Source of the DNA: Phycisphaerales bacterium
GTDB taxonomy: Bacteria > Planctomycetota > Phycisphaerae > Tepidisphaerales > Tepidisphaeraceae
Assembly (NCBI GenBank): GCA_028288945.1
Contig: JAQGHH010000601.1
Coordinates: forward strand, 1-24,710
Direction of reading: 5' to 3'
DNA length: 24,710 nucleotides
The position numbers and the translations under genes were made by a program. Shown in pieces: positions 24,490-24,710 of this stretch. Within the stretch, counting starts at the first letter, position 1. Each line of letters starts with the position of its first letter. The notes beneath the pieces were generated by a model. It was not told the DNA's origin. It saw only the letters and a program-made list of their open reading frames with translations, and made no database searches.

Positions 24490-24710
24490 TGCGCTTCCAC
24501 CCTCTGTATCAAAACGTGAAGGCTGCCGGAGTTTTGCGCCTTGGTCGCCGAGTTGCCGTTGGGACCGAACGACAGTTCTCCCCCGGTCGTGATCTTGATC
24601 GTGGTCTCCCGGCTCAAAGCGAACATGGCTTTTACACCGTCGGTCGTGGCAAGTAGCTGTCCGTCGTGCCCGTAAGCATTGTACGCTCCGCGGTCGATCA
24701 GGCCGTCCGG
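24486..24710 (-). CDS. Partial CDS (5' end outside the window), paralog of the 20134..20637 lectin-like protein; not in the ORF track
   Basis: Translates to PDGLIDRGAYNAYGHDGQLLATTDG...GELSFGPNGNSATKAQNSGSLHVLIQRVEAQ*. Its TGA overlaps the ATG of methyltransferase B. Confidence 0.8.
   Translation of the reverse strand, partial: PDGLIDRGAYNAYGHDGQLLATTDGVKAMFALSRETTIKITTGGELSFGPNGNSATKAQNSGSLHVLIQRVEAQ

Larger units (their letters stand above)
13275..24710. mobile_element. Putative genomic island integrated at tRNA-Phe; continues beyond the right edge
   Basis: Bounded by the tRNA 3' fragment plus native-looking terminator; cargo-type genes with mixed orientation and variable GC. The integrase and intact tRNA are not in the window, so the extent is inferred. 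Confidence 0.7.

Overview
GC-rich bacterial DNA, most likely from a Planctomycetota/Phycisphaerae (Tepidisphaerales-like) genome. That is an inference from a C-terminal CxxCGYDLRATPDRCPECG zinc-finger membrane protein and a GYF_2 protein. The left part (1-13228) looks chromosomal. It carries a small membrane protein, a GYF_2/DUF5362-like protein, a secreted dienelactone hydrolase, a nested REP-like inverted-repeat element, DinB, a Spy/CpxP-like protein, a GntR(YtrA)-ABC operon with operator, NUDIX, a lower-GC GT4 glycosyltransferase, a YbaL-like CPA2 antiporter and a 43-aa Lys-rich protein. At 13229-13274 lies the 3' half of a tRNA-Phe(GAA) gene with its terminator, the classic scar of an integrated element. 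A second, inverted tRNA-Phe fragment sits at 13050-13076. Everything to the right looks like island cargo: a PD-(D/E)XK nuclease-like gene, a frameshifted secreted protein, an acyltransferase-3, a Zn-finger protein, a stand-alone AraC domain, two paralogous lectin-like proteins, a flippase and two paralogous methyltransferases. No integrase is visible in the window. The most notable observation is a DUF6338-like membrane protein followed by three tandem short ORFs. All three end in a conserved (K/R)PM(A/T/S)SPAPPPKK motif encoded with different synonymous codons, and one is overprinted on the membrane-protein gene. This is a candidate undescribed membrane-protein/peptide-array system. Family names come from motif recognition only; no database searches were run.
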